Of a DNA stretch of 64,000 nucleotides, positions 14,401-28,790 are shown in pieces. Position 1 is the stretch's first letter; each line of letters starts with the position of its first letter. A program made the translations under genes and the position numbers. This DNA comes from Stegostoma tigrinum. Lineage: Eukaryota. The notes below the pieces were generated by a model. That model was not told where the DNA came from. It did not search any database and worked only from the letters and a program-made list of their open reading frames with translations. The stretch is from contig NC_081362.1 in assembly GCF_030684315.1 (NCBI RefSeq), positions 95,711,187 through 95,775,186 of the forward strand. The letters run 5' to 3'.

Positions 14401-17000
14401 AGCCAGTAGAATTCTCTGCCACAGGAAGCGGTGAGGCTAAAACATTGCATGTTTTCAAGGAGGCAGATCTAGGTGTAAAGGAAGAAAGCAGGAACAGGAA
14501 CCGAGCTGGGCAATCAGCCATGATTACATTGAATGGCACAGCAGGCTCGAAGGGCTGAATGGTCTACCCCTCATCCAATTTTCTATGCAAGACTGAAGGC
14601 CATCTGTTTCAGGTTCTACTATCTGGACAATCGCATGGTATATCATACTAACCAACAAGGAGCACAGAACCGAGCTCTCCATCTCATAGTTGGATCTACG
14701 TGCCTTAGGTCCAAAGATATGTGCTGCTCTCTAGCACCTCACACTCATTTTCTGCTCCCGAATTCCCAAGTGCTCTCAGCCCAGGTATAGTTTGAACATA
14801 ATCTGGCAAACAAAAACTAACTGGTAATTAGCTGCAATGTTAACTCCATTCTTCTGTCTCCACAGATGCCACCTGATAGCTGCATACTGCCAGCCATCTC
14901 TCCCTTTATTTTAAAAGGGATTTCGATCACTTTCCATGTCTTGTATTTGAATCAGAAACTCCCTCTTTCATTCCCAGTGTGTGACTTTCTCAGCACTTTG
15001 GACAGACTCTTTTACATTCAGTGTATGTCTGACTGAGAAGCGGTACTGGTTGTTGCAAAGTGGCTCTTTCCATTTGGCTGGAGCTGGATCAACAATTTGG
15101 GGCAGGGAACTGAACTAGTTACCTTTCCTGTCCAGCCTGGGATAAAAAGGAACCAATAACACTCTGATTAAGCTGCCGGGTCATACAAAATGTATTCACT
15201 CACATTCCCTTTGCGTGCACCTCTCATAGTTAACTCCAAAAGCACTCAAAGTTTAAAAAACAAATCAGGATTTTCTCCACAGATGATGAAACAACATTCA
15301 GAACCGTTCCAAACTTTACACAACCAGAATCTTGAAAGAGGACAAACCACAAAGTGAAAAACACATCAGAAATAAATCTGTGAAGAGGAGATAGATAGAG
15401 TGTCGTCAGCCAAGCTATTTTTTTTGGGGGAAGAGGTGGGTTGCACACAGGTGTAACAATTCGGATGCCTGTCAGATTTCTGCTAACCCGATACAGACCA
15501 TGTACTCTACCCAAATGTTTCAGGATTGGTACACCTTGGATTTCTAGCACATCTGCCTCCAGTTTGAGAAGTTCCTCTGAATTGCATTTAACACAATATG
15601 AATCTTGTACCATGACCACGGATACAAGCTTAGTTGTCTTTGCTTTTTATTCAGACTTATCAAATTACACAAGCACGAGTTAAACATATTTACTCAGGGG
15701 AGTGACGGTGCATTTATTTGATCAGGGCTGCCTGTCTCTCTGAAACTCACTGGCACTTAGATAAGAGAACCTGGTACAGACCAGGACAGCAAAATATGTG
15801 AGACAAAGTTAAACTAATTTAGCTCAGTTGACTCAATGGCTGGTTTGCAATACTGAGTGTGCAAACAGCATGGGTTCACTTCCCTCACTGGCTGAAGTCA
15901 CCATGAAGGACTGTCCTTCTCAACCTCGCCCTTTGCTTTAGGCACGGTGATCCTCAGGATAAGCCATCACCAATCATCTCTCTCTGATGAGAGAAAAGCC
16001 TGTGGACTATTGCAACTAACACTGACCAGAGCAATGAACAAGTAAAGGAAGGTTCACAAAAATACAAGGTTCACCTCCGATTGTAGGCACAAAGGAAGCA
16101 AGCAATGAGCAGTACATTCAATTAATAAATGATCCAGCAATGTCCACAGCCCGGAAGAGAACACGGAGTCTGTCCCACAAGAACTGTTTGAGCCGAATAG
16201 AATGGGTAAATTTGAGAGTGATCTGGATACACAAAAGGAGAAAGGATTAAAGCTATGCTGACAGCATAAGATGGAGTAAAACTGGTGTCCAAGAGTGAAT
16301 ACTGGAATAGACAAGATGGGTTGACTGGCCTGTTTCTGTGCTGCAAAGATTTTATGCTCAAATGTGCAGCACAGGCAACCATTTAGCCCATTGTGCTTGT
16401 GCAGTCCTATTAGTCCCCTCTCTTTCCCTCCCAACATTTCACATTTATTTTCAAAAAATAAAGTATTTCCAACCATGTTTTCGGGTGCTATTTTCTGTAA
16501 GGTGCTATCATTTACCCATGTACACAACATCACAAACTGTACCTGTGCTTTATTCTCCTTCATATAAAGTGGGCATGGCTGCACGAGTCAGTATTTAGTG
16601 CTCATCCCTAATTGTCCTTGAATTGAGGGGCTTCCTCAGCCATTGTCGTGGGCAGTTAAAAGCCAATCATACTGCTGTGAATTTGAAGTCACATGTAGAT
16701 CAGACTCTGTAAGGGTGACAAATTTCACTCCCTGAAGGGCTATTTTTGTTTTAATGGTTTCATGGTCATCTGAAGATAGCGTTCAATTCCAGATTTTATA
16801 AACTGAAGCAACCATGATTGGATTTGAATGTATGCTCCCAAAGTAATAGGCTGACCCTCTGATTACACTGCTACTGCAGGTCATCCCTCTCCATGAGGTG
16901 ATCTTCAGTCTGTACCCCAGAGTTCCCAGTTAACCATGAGGCACACTGGGTGAAGTGGCAGATAGTAAAGCCTTGTAAACAAAAGCACAAATCCCCTTAC

Positions 17001-17058
17001 CTGCTCGGGTCATTTCAGCAGCAGTCAGTAGAACAAGTGTATGGAAGAGATAATTCAT
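17001..17058 (-). CDS. Signal-peptide exon of a minus-strand secreted/membrane protein gene (MNYLFHTLVLLTAAEMTRA, phase-1 end); remaining exons not identified in window
   Basis: Reverse strand reads ...gtctcttccttcag|G ATG AAT TAT CTC TTC CAT ACA CTT GTT CTA CTG ACT GCT GCT GAA ATG ACC CGA GCA G|gtaagg. Strong acceptor and donor, only this frame is open, hydrophobic leader, phase-1 junction typical of Ig-superfamily leaders. Confidence 0.7.
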
Positions 17059-20000
17059 CCTGAAGGAAGAGACGTATATATAAAAAAAAAGTTAGAAGTT
17101 GAACTTAAAGGAAAAAAAATTAGACTCCCCACCAGCAGGTAATTCTCCACCTTTCATCATAGCAAAGTCTCAAATACATGCATATTTTATTTTAGAATAT
17201 CTATGCTTCAATCCCTCACCTCATAACTCCTAGACAATGAACAATTCCTCCTTCCCCATTTAGGGAAGGAAAGAGCACACACCGTACCTTCCACTGCTCC
17301 AAATCCTTTGACTGGTTTCCCCACATTTCAGCTAATTCACATATCTGCAAATGTGACTACGCAAAGAATATGAGATGGGGAGGCATGTATACAACTACGT
17401 CTGTACACCACTCCCGAAAGGAACAGGGTCTACCTGACTTTCTCAACTGGTTTCAATCACACCAGACAGCAGGAAAGGAATTTTCGACCAATTTCTTCAT
17501 TTAAGGACTGAACCTAACCTTTCCACATTAGTAATCTGTTATATAGAGTCAGACTACACAGCCGCTCACCCCCGAACGGATTCCAGCTTAATTTAAAACA
17601 AAAAATAAAAATTGCTAGGAGAAACTTAGCAGGTCTGGTAGCATTTACTGAGAGAAAAAAAACAGGTCAACATTTTGGGTTTAGTGACCCTTTTTGAAAA
17701 CTAGCTTGATTTAACCCGTTTCTCATTCATATCCTTACCTAAGCATCTACAGACTTTTGGGAGCAGAAGATGGAAGAGGCAATGAGGGAAGACAGAGAGA
17801 GACCTCTGATATCAACTGCTGTGTGTTTAAAGAAATATTCCCTTATTTCCATCCTGATCAGAGAAATATCATTTGAAAAATTGTGGCGGACCCCTTTGGT
17901 TAAACCCTTTTATCATTTTAAAGGCCTGGATAGGGCAAGGTGAGTGATTAGAGGTGGCATTTTCTGGGACAAACAGCCAGAGGAAGAGGAGCTAGGGTCA
18001 GTGCAGAGCAAAACTGAAATAAAACAGGAAGAAAAACAATAGGAAACACCAGAATGCTTTCTCTTTAAAAAAAATTGGAAAAATCAGTTCATTTAATCCC
18101 ACAGAAATGAGTCAGCTCAGGCACACCCTGCTGCCAACAAGCCTGGAGTACAACTTCTGAACAAGAGCAATCAGGGCAGATATGGAGTTGGAAGGAGGGA
18201 CAGGGCAAAGACATAGACACCGGGTCCCCTCACAAACCCATTCGGTGCAGACATTACCAGTCAGATACGGCATTGCCACTAGCAGACACACTCTCTCTAG
18301 GCCTTCGGACACAGCGTAGCCGTTACCAGACACGCTGTCTCTGGGCTGTCAGACACAGTGTATCGACCGCTGCCTCAGCTACATTACCTTGTGTGGTGTA
18401 TCAATCCCACCATTGGGCCATCTGCTGTCAATCACAGGCAACCTAATCATAATTGGTGAACATGAAAGTCAATCAGGCACCAGCCTCGGAGACTGCTCCC
18501 AGACAAAGTTAAAACACTGTGGATGATGGAATTCAGAAATAAAAACAGAAAACGTTCAAGAAAAATCACAGGTCTGGCACTATGTGTGCGTACAGGAACT
18601 CTGGCCTGAACAGTCGTCTTTGGACTCGAAACATTAACACTTTTCTCTCCCCAAAAATGTTGAGTTCCCCAGCAGTTTGTGTTATTTTCGTTCTTCCACA
18701 AACAAAGCCACCACTAGCAGCTGGGAGGGATGTGATGAAATGTCCTTGAATGGGTGTTGTGCCTAACACTGCAGTTACTGTAAAGAAACAGGCTGTCCAG
18801 ATGACAGAAACATTCTTGCAGCTAACTGAAGAGCCAACCTGGTTGTCGGGTTAGTACATGCAGTCATTTATTGTTACTTTATTTTCTCTATTCATTCATG
18901 GGATGAGGGACTCGCTGGCGAGGCAGTATTTACTGCCCATTCCTAATTGCCCAAAGAGCATTAAGAGTCAACCACAGTGCTGTGGGTTTGGAGTCACATG
19001 TAGGCCCAGACCAGGTAAGGATGGCAGTTTCCTTCCCTAAAGGACATCAGTGAGCCAGATGGGCTTTCCCCTGACAATCAACAATGGTTCATGGTCATCA
19101 TTAAGATTCTTAATTCCAGATATTTACTTAATTGAAATTCCTGCCATGGCAAGATTCAACTCCAGGCCCCCAGATCATTATCCCAGTCTCTGGATTAACT
19201 GTCCAGCAATAATACCACTAGGCCATCGCCTCCCCATGTACGCTAATTTATTGTTACATAAGAACACAGGTCGGTTGGTGTGAACAATTAAAATGTGTCA
19301 GTAAAGTTGCCTTGATCATTCTGTCTATTCCCCACTTGCTATTATTTCCACAGTTAAACTTTCACACGTCTGCATGGCTCAAAGAGCAGATTATAGAAAA
19401 GTTGTATTCCCAAATAAACAGATAAGGCTGGCACCTGTCTGTATGAGCTGACCACAAACAGTCCCAAATCACATTACTCCAGACCTCTGATATGTACACA
19501 TTACAAAATATCTGAGAAGTAACAAACAAAAAGGGAAAAAACTAAACGTAGCCCAAAAGTGAATTTGGTTTATACAGACTCAATTTTCAAGTAACAATAC
19601 TTTGGGAAAAGCGAGAAGGACAAGGGCAACCGATACATGGGAACACCATCAGCTGCAAGTTCTCATCTAAACTGTTCACCATCCTGACTTGGAAATACAT
19701 CCTAGGAAATCCTAGAATGCCCTCCTTAAGGGATACGGTAGGTCAAACTGGACTGAAATATTTATCTTAAAGTTCCCTATGAATAAATGAGGCTGATTTG
19801 AACCCTTAATATATCTGTGAAATCTACCTGATCTAACAACTACGGGGGCTTGGGCTACAGCATTTTAAGAAAACAGCCCACCACCACTTTCTCAAGGGGC
19901 AACTAGGGATGTGCAAAAATGCCCATATCCCATAAGTAAAACAAAAAAAAGTGTTGGGACTATGACCCACCAAATGCATCTTGAAAAGTACCGCACCTAA

Positions 20001-22837
20001 CATCAATGATAAGGCACTGAGAACTTTCTTATGCGCCAGACAAATGGGAAGCTTACTCCCTGATATCTTCCCACTAACTGAAAGAAGTAGAGAGTTTACA
20101 ATACCTTTTGGTATTCAAGACACTTTGCATGCCAGAAAACACAAAATGAAGTAATATCAACACTGGAAATGTGGCAGCCAACTTACACAAAGCAAGCTCC
20201 CACAAATAGCAATATGACAATTTAAAAACGATTCACTCGTGTGATCAGGTTAATTTGTTGGAAATTGTGGATATCATCTGTATAATCAGTTACTAGGGCA
20301 GAATTTGGAGTATTGCTGACAAGAAAGAAGCCATTTCGTCAAAGGTATTCATCTTGCATTCTTCAGGACAAATGTGCAAGAAATACTGAAGTAAAGGCAA
20401 AACGATGTTTATTCTATATGAGGAGAGTGCCGATCATTTAGCATTGGTATTTCTTACAAATCTCCCTGATGAGAAAAAGAAGCTTTGGATATTGGAGACC
20501 AAAACAGAAATTGCTGGAAAAGGTCAGTCAGTCTGGAAGCATCTGTGGGGAGAATTCAGAGTTAACATTTCAGATCGAGTGACCCTTCCTCAGAACTCTC
20601 TAGCATCCACAGTCCTTCCTATTTTTATTAAGCATTGAATATTATAGGGTTCAGTCCAGGAGATTACTCACAGACCCTTACAATCACCCATCACTACAAC
20701 TGTTTTCAGTCGATTCCATTATTTTTACCATCTCAGTGTGTGAAAGGGGTTTCCACGTCTCAGTTCAGAGCTTGGCTTGCTGATAAAGGTATAACTTATG
20801 TTGGTGATCAACCTTTTCCATTCTACTTGGTTCCTCTCCCACTTGGCAAAAGTTTAACTAATTATGTGCTAACAATCCTAGAGAATGGCAGTTCAAATCA
20901 TACCACCCTCACCCCATCAACAGTCACATTTTGAATGTTTGGTCAATTTAACTTCATCTCACTGAAGCTTTTTTGACATAACCAAGGCATTTGGAAACCT
21001 AAGGAGTTGATTAAAAGCAATTTCATAACCTTGTTTATTTGCTTTCTAATTGGTCTTGTGATATCAGCCAAGGGATAAAATGTTGACTAGGAGAACTGCC
21101 CTATTTTTCTTTGAAACAATAATGGAATCTTTCGCGTCTACCTGCAATGACAAATAAAGGTTCACTTGAACTTCCAATCCATTGGAGGGCACATCTGACA
21201 GTGCTGCATTCCTTCCGCACTGCACTGGGAGCATCAGTTTGGGTTATGTGCTCCAGTCTGAAGTAAGACTTGACCCTCTTGACCCTATATCTTTCTAACA
21301 CAGAAATAGGAGTGCTACACAGTGAACCATGGCTGACAACCCAAGCCACAGTTGTCAGATCTGGTAGATTTCCTGGATATATTGAAGGGATCAAACCAGG
21401 CTCATTTCTTCAAAGAAATTATTCCCTACAGGAGACTTAGACCAAATATTTAAATTCTCTAACAGTGATGTACCCAGAGACTTCTGGCTTTCAGAGAACC
21501 AACACAAGTGTTTCCTTAAGATGGGACTTCTTTTATCCCAAGAATGGAAATCTTGAATGGGAAGGCTCACAATGTTCAAAACCTTACTTTACTGCAGAGG
21601 GAGTACTATCCTTTAGGGCTGCCATCATTGCGATGAAAAGTTAAATGGACAGCCCAGCTACCTTAATAAAAACAAAATAGTGCAGCTGCTAGAAATCTTA
21701 AACAAAAAAAACATGCTGCACAAAGTAACAGGTTTAATGTTCAGATTGGCGACCCTTCGCAAATCTATCCTAAATAGATCAACGCACAACACTAACTCTA
21801 TTCTAAAAGGGACTTGCTGGGTATTTACTGTTTTTACTGTCTTTTGCACATCTCGGTGCATAGTGAATGTAGTCCCATTTACAAACAATTGGAATTCATC
21901 TGAAGCCATCTGTAACACGAATGTGGGAATGGTGTTGCATTTTAAATGTTTGGTTAATTTAAATTCATCTCACTGAAGCTGCTGGAATATTACCAGAACA
22001 TTTAGAAATCCATGGTGATGATAAGAAGCTATTTTCCAAACTGTTTACTTACTTTTTCTGTAAATAACAATCTAATGACCCTTAATTTGTTACTACAGTG
22101 AGCCGTAAGCCTGCTAAGGTTACTCTTCATTTATGTTCCTTTTGAATAGCAGCAATCTAGTTAGAGTTATTACAGCAAAGAAAGAGGCCATTAGGCCCTT
22201 TGCTCTACTGAGGGCCTCATGGACTCAAACTATTTAGTCAAATCCCCTCCTCCTTATCCACAAGAGAGACATATTTAAAGATGTGGGGAAAAGGAGGACA
22301 TGAGTTGGAAGAATGCTTCCTGGTCAGGGAGCCAATGAACGAATGTAATGGGTAAACTAAATTCAGCGCAATCCTGAATTCAAGCAGCATGGTTTTAAAT
22401 GAGCATTAACTTATGGAAGGTTGGGGGGTGGGGGTACATTGTATAAAATCATGCTACCAGACTTCTGGCACAGTGGCCATGTTAGTGAGCCTACCTCTAG
22501 AGGGCCAAGGTTGAAATTCAACCTGATCCAGGGATGTCACGATAAACTTAAACAGATTGTTAATCCTATAACTGATTAAAAATAATCAAAGCCAAAGTCT
22601 ATTATTACTTCTGTTTGAGGGGTGGAGGGAGCAAGAGGAAGGCGGAGAGATAAAAGTTTGATACAACTGTGTGACCTTCTATATGTTGCTTGACTGTTCC
22701 ATGACTGCTGCTTATTTGTTACTTTTAATAAATTTGCTGCTGGATTTAAAAGCTAAAACACAGTTTGATAAAGGTGTTACTCTTCTATTATCTGAAAGCT
22801 TGACAATCATGAGGGAGTATCCCAATACAGATAAAAA

Positions 22838-23012
22838 GGTGTAGAGCTGAAATGAACACAGCAGGCCAAGCAGCATCAGAGGAGCAGAAAGGCTGACCTT
22901 TCTGAAGGAGGATCTAGGCCCAAAATGTCAACCTTCCTGCTCCTCTGATGCTGCTTGGCCTGTGTTCATCCAGTTCTACACCTTGTTATCTCAGATTCTC
23001 CAGCATTTGCAA
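22838..23012. mobile_element. Penelope-derived hairpin element (family B)
   Basis: Inverted arms (gaacacagcaggccaagcagcatcagaggagcag / ctgctcctctgatgctgcttggcctgtgttc) around a decayed hammerhead 'ctgaagga..ggatctaggccc.aaatgtc'. Confidence 0.7.
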
Positions 23013-24585
23013 TTTACAATCTACTATCTCAATTTTATCCCCATACAGATGATGGGTTTAATAAATCAGCCTCTCTTCAATGTTGTTGTGAACACAGAGA
23101 TTCTCAGAGATGTCAGTTTTATCCTAGTGCTGCAATTACTCAAATTTAAAAATTCTCAGCCTTGCCTCCATATCCTTTGCCTGACCCTCTTTCCTTGTGT
23201 AACTACCTCCACATCTCTGCACTCTTCCAATTCGGACCTTTCACACTTCCTCAATCTCTTTATTCTCATTAATGAAGTGATGGCCATCAATAATGTTAGC
23301 TGTCACATTTCTTGACTTCTCTTCCTACGCTGTTCATCCTGTCTCCTCCTCAGGGAGAAACAACTCCTTTGAAACTTACCTCAAGCTTAGATCACCTACT
23401 CTAATTGATATGACTTATAATTGATATATTGCCTGAATGGTCTGGAGAAGGAAATTTTACCACATTAAAGACACTGTAAATTTGTAATTTGTGAAAAGAC
23501 TAATGACATCAGGTTGTTTGCAATTCAAGGATAGAAAATGGAAATAAAAGTAATCCTTTCACAGACCGTAATGATCTCCTATCACTGCACCAAATTGCTT
23601 TTTGCTCAGTTTTTATCATCCCTCATTTCACACTGACCCTAGCCCTATGTCAGGTATTAATCATTGTCTATAAAAAGGGGTTTCATGCTCTCAGTTCAGA
23701 ACATGACTCGCTGTTATGGTCTAACTTAGAACTGTGATTAATCCTTTTTCTTCCATTTGGTTTCTCTCTCACTTGCTGGATACAGTAGCCTACTAATCAT
23801 TTGGTGCTAATAAGCCCAGTGAACAGCAGTTTACATCTACCACCCGTCCACAGTTTGAGAATGATGGGTTTTTATACTGTTGACAGAGGGAAGGGAGGAG
23901 TTAGTGGAACAGATGGTGAGCATACACAGAGCAAATACAAAGACAGTGTTAATGATAACAGAAGAACAAAATAGATGTTAATGTTTAAATAAAATAAAGA
24001 CCCGTGGATGCTGGGGACCTGAAACAAACAAAAACAGTAACTGTTTGAGAAACTCAGCAGACCTGGCAGCATCTGTACAGAGAAAGCAGAGTGACCATTT
24101 TAAATCCAGTGACCCTTGTTCAGAACTTGTGAACACTGAAGGGTCACTGAATTCAAAACTGTTTTCTCTTCACAGATGCTGCCAGACATTCCAAGTTTCT
24201 CCAATCATGAATGGTTGGTGTGAACAGTAAAAAGTAGCTTTGCTGAGAGCAATTCCATTCAAACTTGACAGCGTGTGTCTGTGCGTGATGGAGGACCTTG
24301 TTCACGCGCTGATGTTGAACTCAAATGCTGAATCCTGAATACTGTAAAAAGCCTAAGCAGAAAACAAGGTGCTGTTCCTCCAGCTTGCATTGGGTTTTGC
24401 TGGAACATTCCAGCAATTCTAGGACGGAAATGTTAGCATTACAGCAAGATGGTGTATTGTGTAATGTTAGCATAAAATCAATTTAGCATTTTCCAACTCC
24501 TACGTGTTCCAAAAAGTTATTGAACTTAAAGTTAGTTCTGCTTTTCTCCCTTCCCCCAAATCCTGCCACATCTGCTGTATTTCTT

Positions 24586-24709
24586 GTGATAATGGGAACT
24601 GCAGATGCTGGAGAATCCAAGATAATAAAATGTGAGGCTGGATGAACACAGCAGGCCCAGCAGCAGATGCTGCTGGGCCTGCTGTGTTCATCCAGCCTCA
24701 CATTTTATT
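24586..24709. mobile_element. Young Penelope-derived hairpin element (family B) with 12-bp TSD
   Basis: Perfect inverted repeat 24624-24665/24668-24709. Direct repeat gctgtatttctt at 24574-24585 and 24710-24721. Confidence 0.8.
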
Positions 24710-26539
24710 GCTGTATTTCTTCAGCATTTCCTGCTCTTATTTCAGATCTCCAGTACCCACGATACTTTGATTTCGTTTAGATCTTATACATTTCTCCCCC
24801 ATTCTTGTAATTATTTTAAAACTATTCTATGTTTCATCTTGCCCTGTGTTTGCCTAACTCAATCCTGCCATCTGTTACTACGTCTATCCCAAAGCAAGTA
24901 GCCAAATTCACACCCAAACACATACACGTATGTACATGCACATATATCTGCAGAAACAGTAACTTGAAAAATAAGGACACAATTTATCGCTTGCAACCAG
25001 AAAATTATAATCAGAACCCCCTCCTTTCTGAGTCATTTCTAGGATGAACAAATGAAACTTTTACACCCTTCTGCAGGTGTGTATAAATAAAATGTAAAGA
25101 AAAGGCAATACACAGCAGGTGACTCACTGTCTATAAAGAGGTGGCCTATTATTAACATTTAGGGTGTGCAGCTCTTTACCAGAACTGAAAATTAAAAGAT
25201 GAACATTTCCGCTAACAAGTTTGGAAAAACAGGACGAGAGGAAAGGGCAGGCAGAACCATGATGAGTGAAGAGGGTGAAAACGTTGCTGAGAGTCTGGAG
25301 TCACATCTGGGTCAGACGCAACAAGGATGACATGATTTCCTTCCTGAAAAGATGCTAGTGAACCAGACAATTTTGTTTTAAAGTGACCATCTGGAAGTTT
25401 CAGGGTCACAATTACTAAAACTACCTTTTAATTTCAGATAAAGTTAATTGAACTGGAATTCATTAGGTAATTGCTCATTGAAAAATGAGGCTGTAGCCAA
25501 TGTTTCAGTAAAGGAGGTAGCAGACAGAACAAAAATGGATATAGAAAGAGGAATTTTATTCCAAAACTGTTAATAGATGATTTTTAGACTCAAGTTTCAA
25601 CTTGCAGCACTTTCACTACTGAGTGAAAAAGTTGTGGAATTAAAGCCTAATTTAAAAGTTACAGGGCAAAATAAAACACTAGAAGGCTTTTGTTGGGTAA
25701 GGTGTCAGCTGTGGCTCAACGGATAGTTCTCTCCTCTCCAAGTCAAAAGGATTTGGGTTGAATCCCACTCCAAACACTCTGCTTCTTTTTCCACAGATGT
25801 TGCCAGACCCGCTGTGCATTGCCAGCAATTTCTGTTTTGGTTTAAACATTTGCTCAGGGACGCGAGGATATTGGCAAGACCAGCATTGTATTCCTCATCC
25901 ACAGTTACCGGAGAGTGTGGTTCCGAAGAGGATTTGACTCAAAATGTCAACCGTATTCCTCTCTATGGATGTTGCTAACTAAGCAGAATTTCTCCAACGC
26001 CTTCTGGTATTATACCTGAGAAGGTGGTCATTGGGCTTTCCCACGTGCTGGATTTTGTTACAATGCAATGCTTTCTTAAATTACATCAGACGGGAGTCAA
26101 GAGTCAACTCTTAGCAGGCTTGAAGAGCTCAACTGGCCTGCTCCTGACGCAAATTACATTTTAATACATGGGTCAGAATTACACTAAGACATAGGCTGGG
26201 TAAGGACAATAGGTTTGGTTCACTCAAGGTCATTCACGTTGAGCTGTTATTCTGTTCTCCTTTGATAGCCCCATTCACCCACTGGTGTCCACTCTCTTTC
26301 TCGGAATTTTTCCAAAAATTGTAATTTTAGCTGTCTAGTCTTAAAACGCCATAGCTAGGTTTTCAACTCGCAATCCTAATGAAGGGTTCTAGACTCAAAA
26401 TTGAATTACTTCCATCTTGCTACAAACATTGACTCGCCTGCACGGTACATTATTTTAAATTTTAGGACCTTGGTGTTTTCTGCACTTTATTGTGTCAGTC
26501 AAAATAGACAACTGCACCTCCTCCATGATAACCCACAAC

Positions 26540-27440
26540 ACCGGCGTCCCGCGAGGATGCATCCTCAGCCCCCTACTATACTCCCTGTACATCCATAACT
26601 GTGTAGCCATATTCTGAATGAATGCCATCTACACATTTGCTGACAACACCACCTTAGTAGGACAGCTATCAAACAATGAGTTAGAATACAGGAAGGAGAT
26701 AGAGCGCTCAGTGTTGTGGTGCAACGTCAGCAAAACAAAAGAACTGATCAACTTCAGGAGAAAACAGGAGGATGCACCCCCAACTAAATCAATGGAGCTG
26801 AGGTGGAGAGGGTTGAGTCAGTCAAGTTCTGAGGAGTGATGGTAACTAACAACATGTCCTGGACCTCTCACATAGATGCGACAATCAAAAAGGCCCAACA
26901 ATGCCTCCTTCTTCAGGCACCTTCGGGAATTCAGCATGTCCATAAAGGACTCTCACCAACTTCTATAAAATGTATCATTGAAAGCATTCTCTCCAGGTGC
27001 ATAACGGCCTGGTATGGCAATTGATCTGCCCAGGAGCATAAGAAATGGCAGAAGGTTATGTGCACAGCGCAGATGATCATGGATGCCAACTCCTATCCGT
27101 GGACTCCATTTACACTTCTCGTTGCCACATCAAAGATGCCTCCCAAACTGGTAACATTCTCTTCTGTCAGGCAGGAGATACAGAAGCCTAAACACACAAA
27201 TACGTTGATGCAAGAACAGCAACTTCCCTGCTGTTACTGAACTGTTGAATGAGCCTTTTTAATTTCAAATGATGTTGATCTTGCTTTGTGCACCTCCTGG
27301 GAGGCTGTAACCCTGTATGCCTTGTTATGTCTATACACCCTATCACCCTTATGTCCTTGTTTGCCATGGTCTACCTGTACTGCTTGAAAAACAAAGCTTT
27401 TCACTGTACGGAGGTACACGTGACTACAATAAATCAAAAC
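26540..27440 (+). mobile_element. Rex1/Babar-type LINE 3' fragment
   Basis: GCILSPLLYSLY.H.C; FADNTTLVG.LSNNE.EYRKEIE..V.WC..NVSKTKELI.FRRK; IESILSRCITAWYGN. Tail ends 'gtgactacaataaatcaaa'. A related 3' end lies at ~49270-49625. Confidence 0.75.
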
Positions 27441-27579
27441 AAAATAGATGTAAAATATTCACTGCGCTCTCATGTAGCCTGTTTCGAGTTTGTGTAATGA
27501 CATTAAATTTTATGTTTTACCACTTAGACTTTCTGGATAAGCAGGACTCCACTGGGTTATATTTTCATACAAAACAATT

Positions 27580-28790
27580 CCTCATTAGACAGCAACATCA
27601 ATGGATAGTATTTAGGAATCACCCTTACTAAGGTAAAAATCCCAGAATGTCAGATGCCACAGAATAGCACAGATGGCATGTATTTATCAGAGATAGCTAA
27701 GTGATAGTCTTAACTTAAGCAGTAGTTTTAAAATCAGTGGCTTAAATGATGGGAGAGTTTAAGAGGCAAAGACGGTTCAGAGATGGATTACCAGTGTTTT
27801 GGACCAAGCTAGCTGAAAATGGTTCCCAATGGCGGGCGGGCGCTGAGTCAGAAATGAAAAAAATGCAGAGGTCTCAGAAGCTTATGCCATGTTGTAGGTA
27901 ATTAAAAGATGATAAGGGGGAAGAGGTGATAGAGGGAATTGAAAGCAAGGATAATTAGTCATTGTTTTGATTTTAAACTTGTCTGGTAGCCATTATAAGT
28001 TAGCAAGCCAAGACTAGAGGGGCAACAGGGTTTGGTGCATACCAGCTGGCAGGCAACAGAGCTTTGGATATCCTCAAATGGACAGAGCATATAATATGGG
28101 AATATGGGAAAATATCCAGGAGTGCACTGGAATGTTCAAGTCTAGGAGTATGGATGATATTTCAGCAGTGGATGAGAGGAGTGAAGGTCAAAATCAAGTA
28201 TTCTAGTGAGGTGGAGATCAGTCAATGAAATGGGTATACAGTTGAAACATCATCTAATCTTTGGCCAGACTTGTAGTCTGATTCAGCTTCAGAATTTTGC
28301 TGAAGAGGATGAAAATCAATGATGGAAACTGAGTTTACGATTGGGACCAAACAGAATGACTTCATTCATCCTGATATTTAAAACTGAGGAAATTTCTGTC
28401 CTCAGTTCTGGATATTGGTTAGAACAGTTTTAGCATATTAGAGGGTGTTGGAGGGGAGGGTGTCATAAGTGGTACTGGTGAGGTAGGACTGGCATCAATG
28501 TCAACATATGTAAGCATTGATGCTTTTGATGACATTGCCAAGGAGCAACACATACATGTGAAGTAGGAGAGACCAAAGATGATGATATCAGTGGAAAGGC
28601 ATGGGAACTGTTTCAGCTAATTGAGGTAAGAGTTGAAACGTGTTCGCAATCCCACCAGAGATGATGATGTTGTCAACCATATTAAAAAAAGACAACACAT
28701 GAAAAAAGATAAGATGGAATAGTTTCTTTTTGTCTTGCTCATGGAAGATGGCAGTTGTGAACTTGATGACAACAGTTTTGGTGGTATGAT
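27580..28790 (-). mobile_element. Highly decayed LINE fragment (L2-like)
   Basis: Purine-rich stretch resembling antisense L2 RT/3' region (gtcaacatatgta; gttgtcaaccat). Recognised by pattern only; no clean ORF. Confidence 0.4.

Noticed and set aside
3796-16598. ORFs 3796-4308, 15230-15619 and 16054-16584
   Set aside because: No recognisable domain and no splice-compatible structure; likely random.
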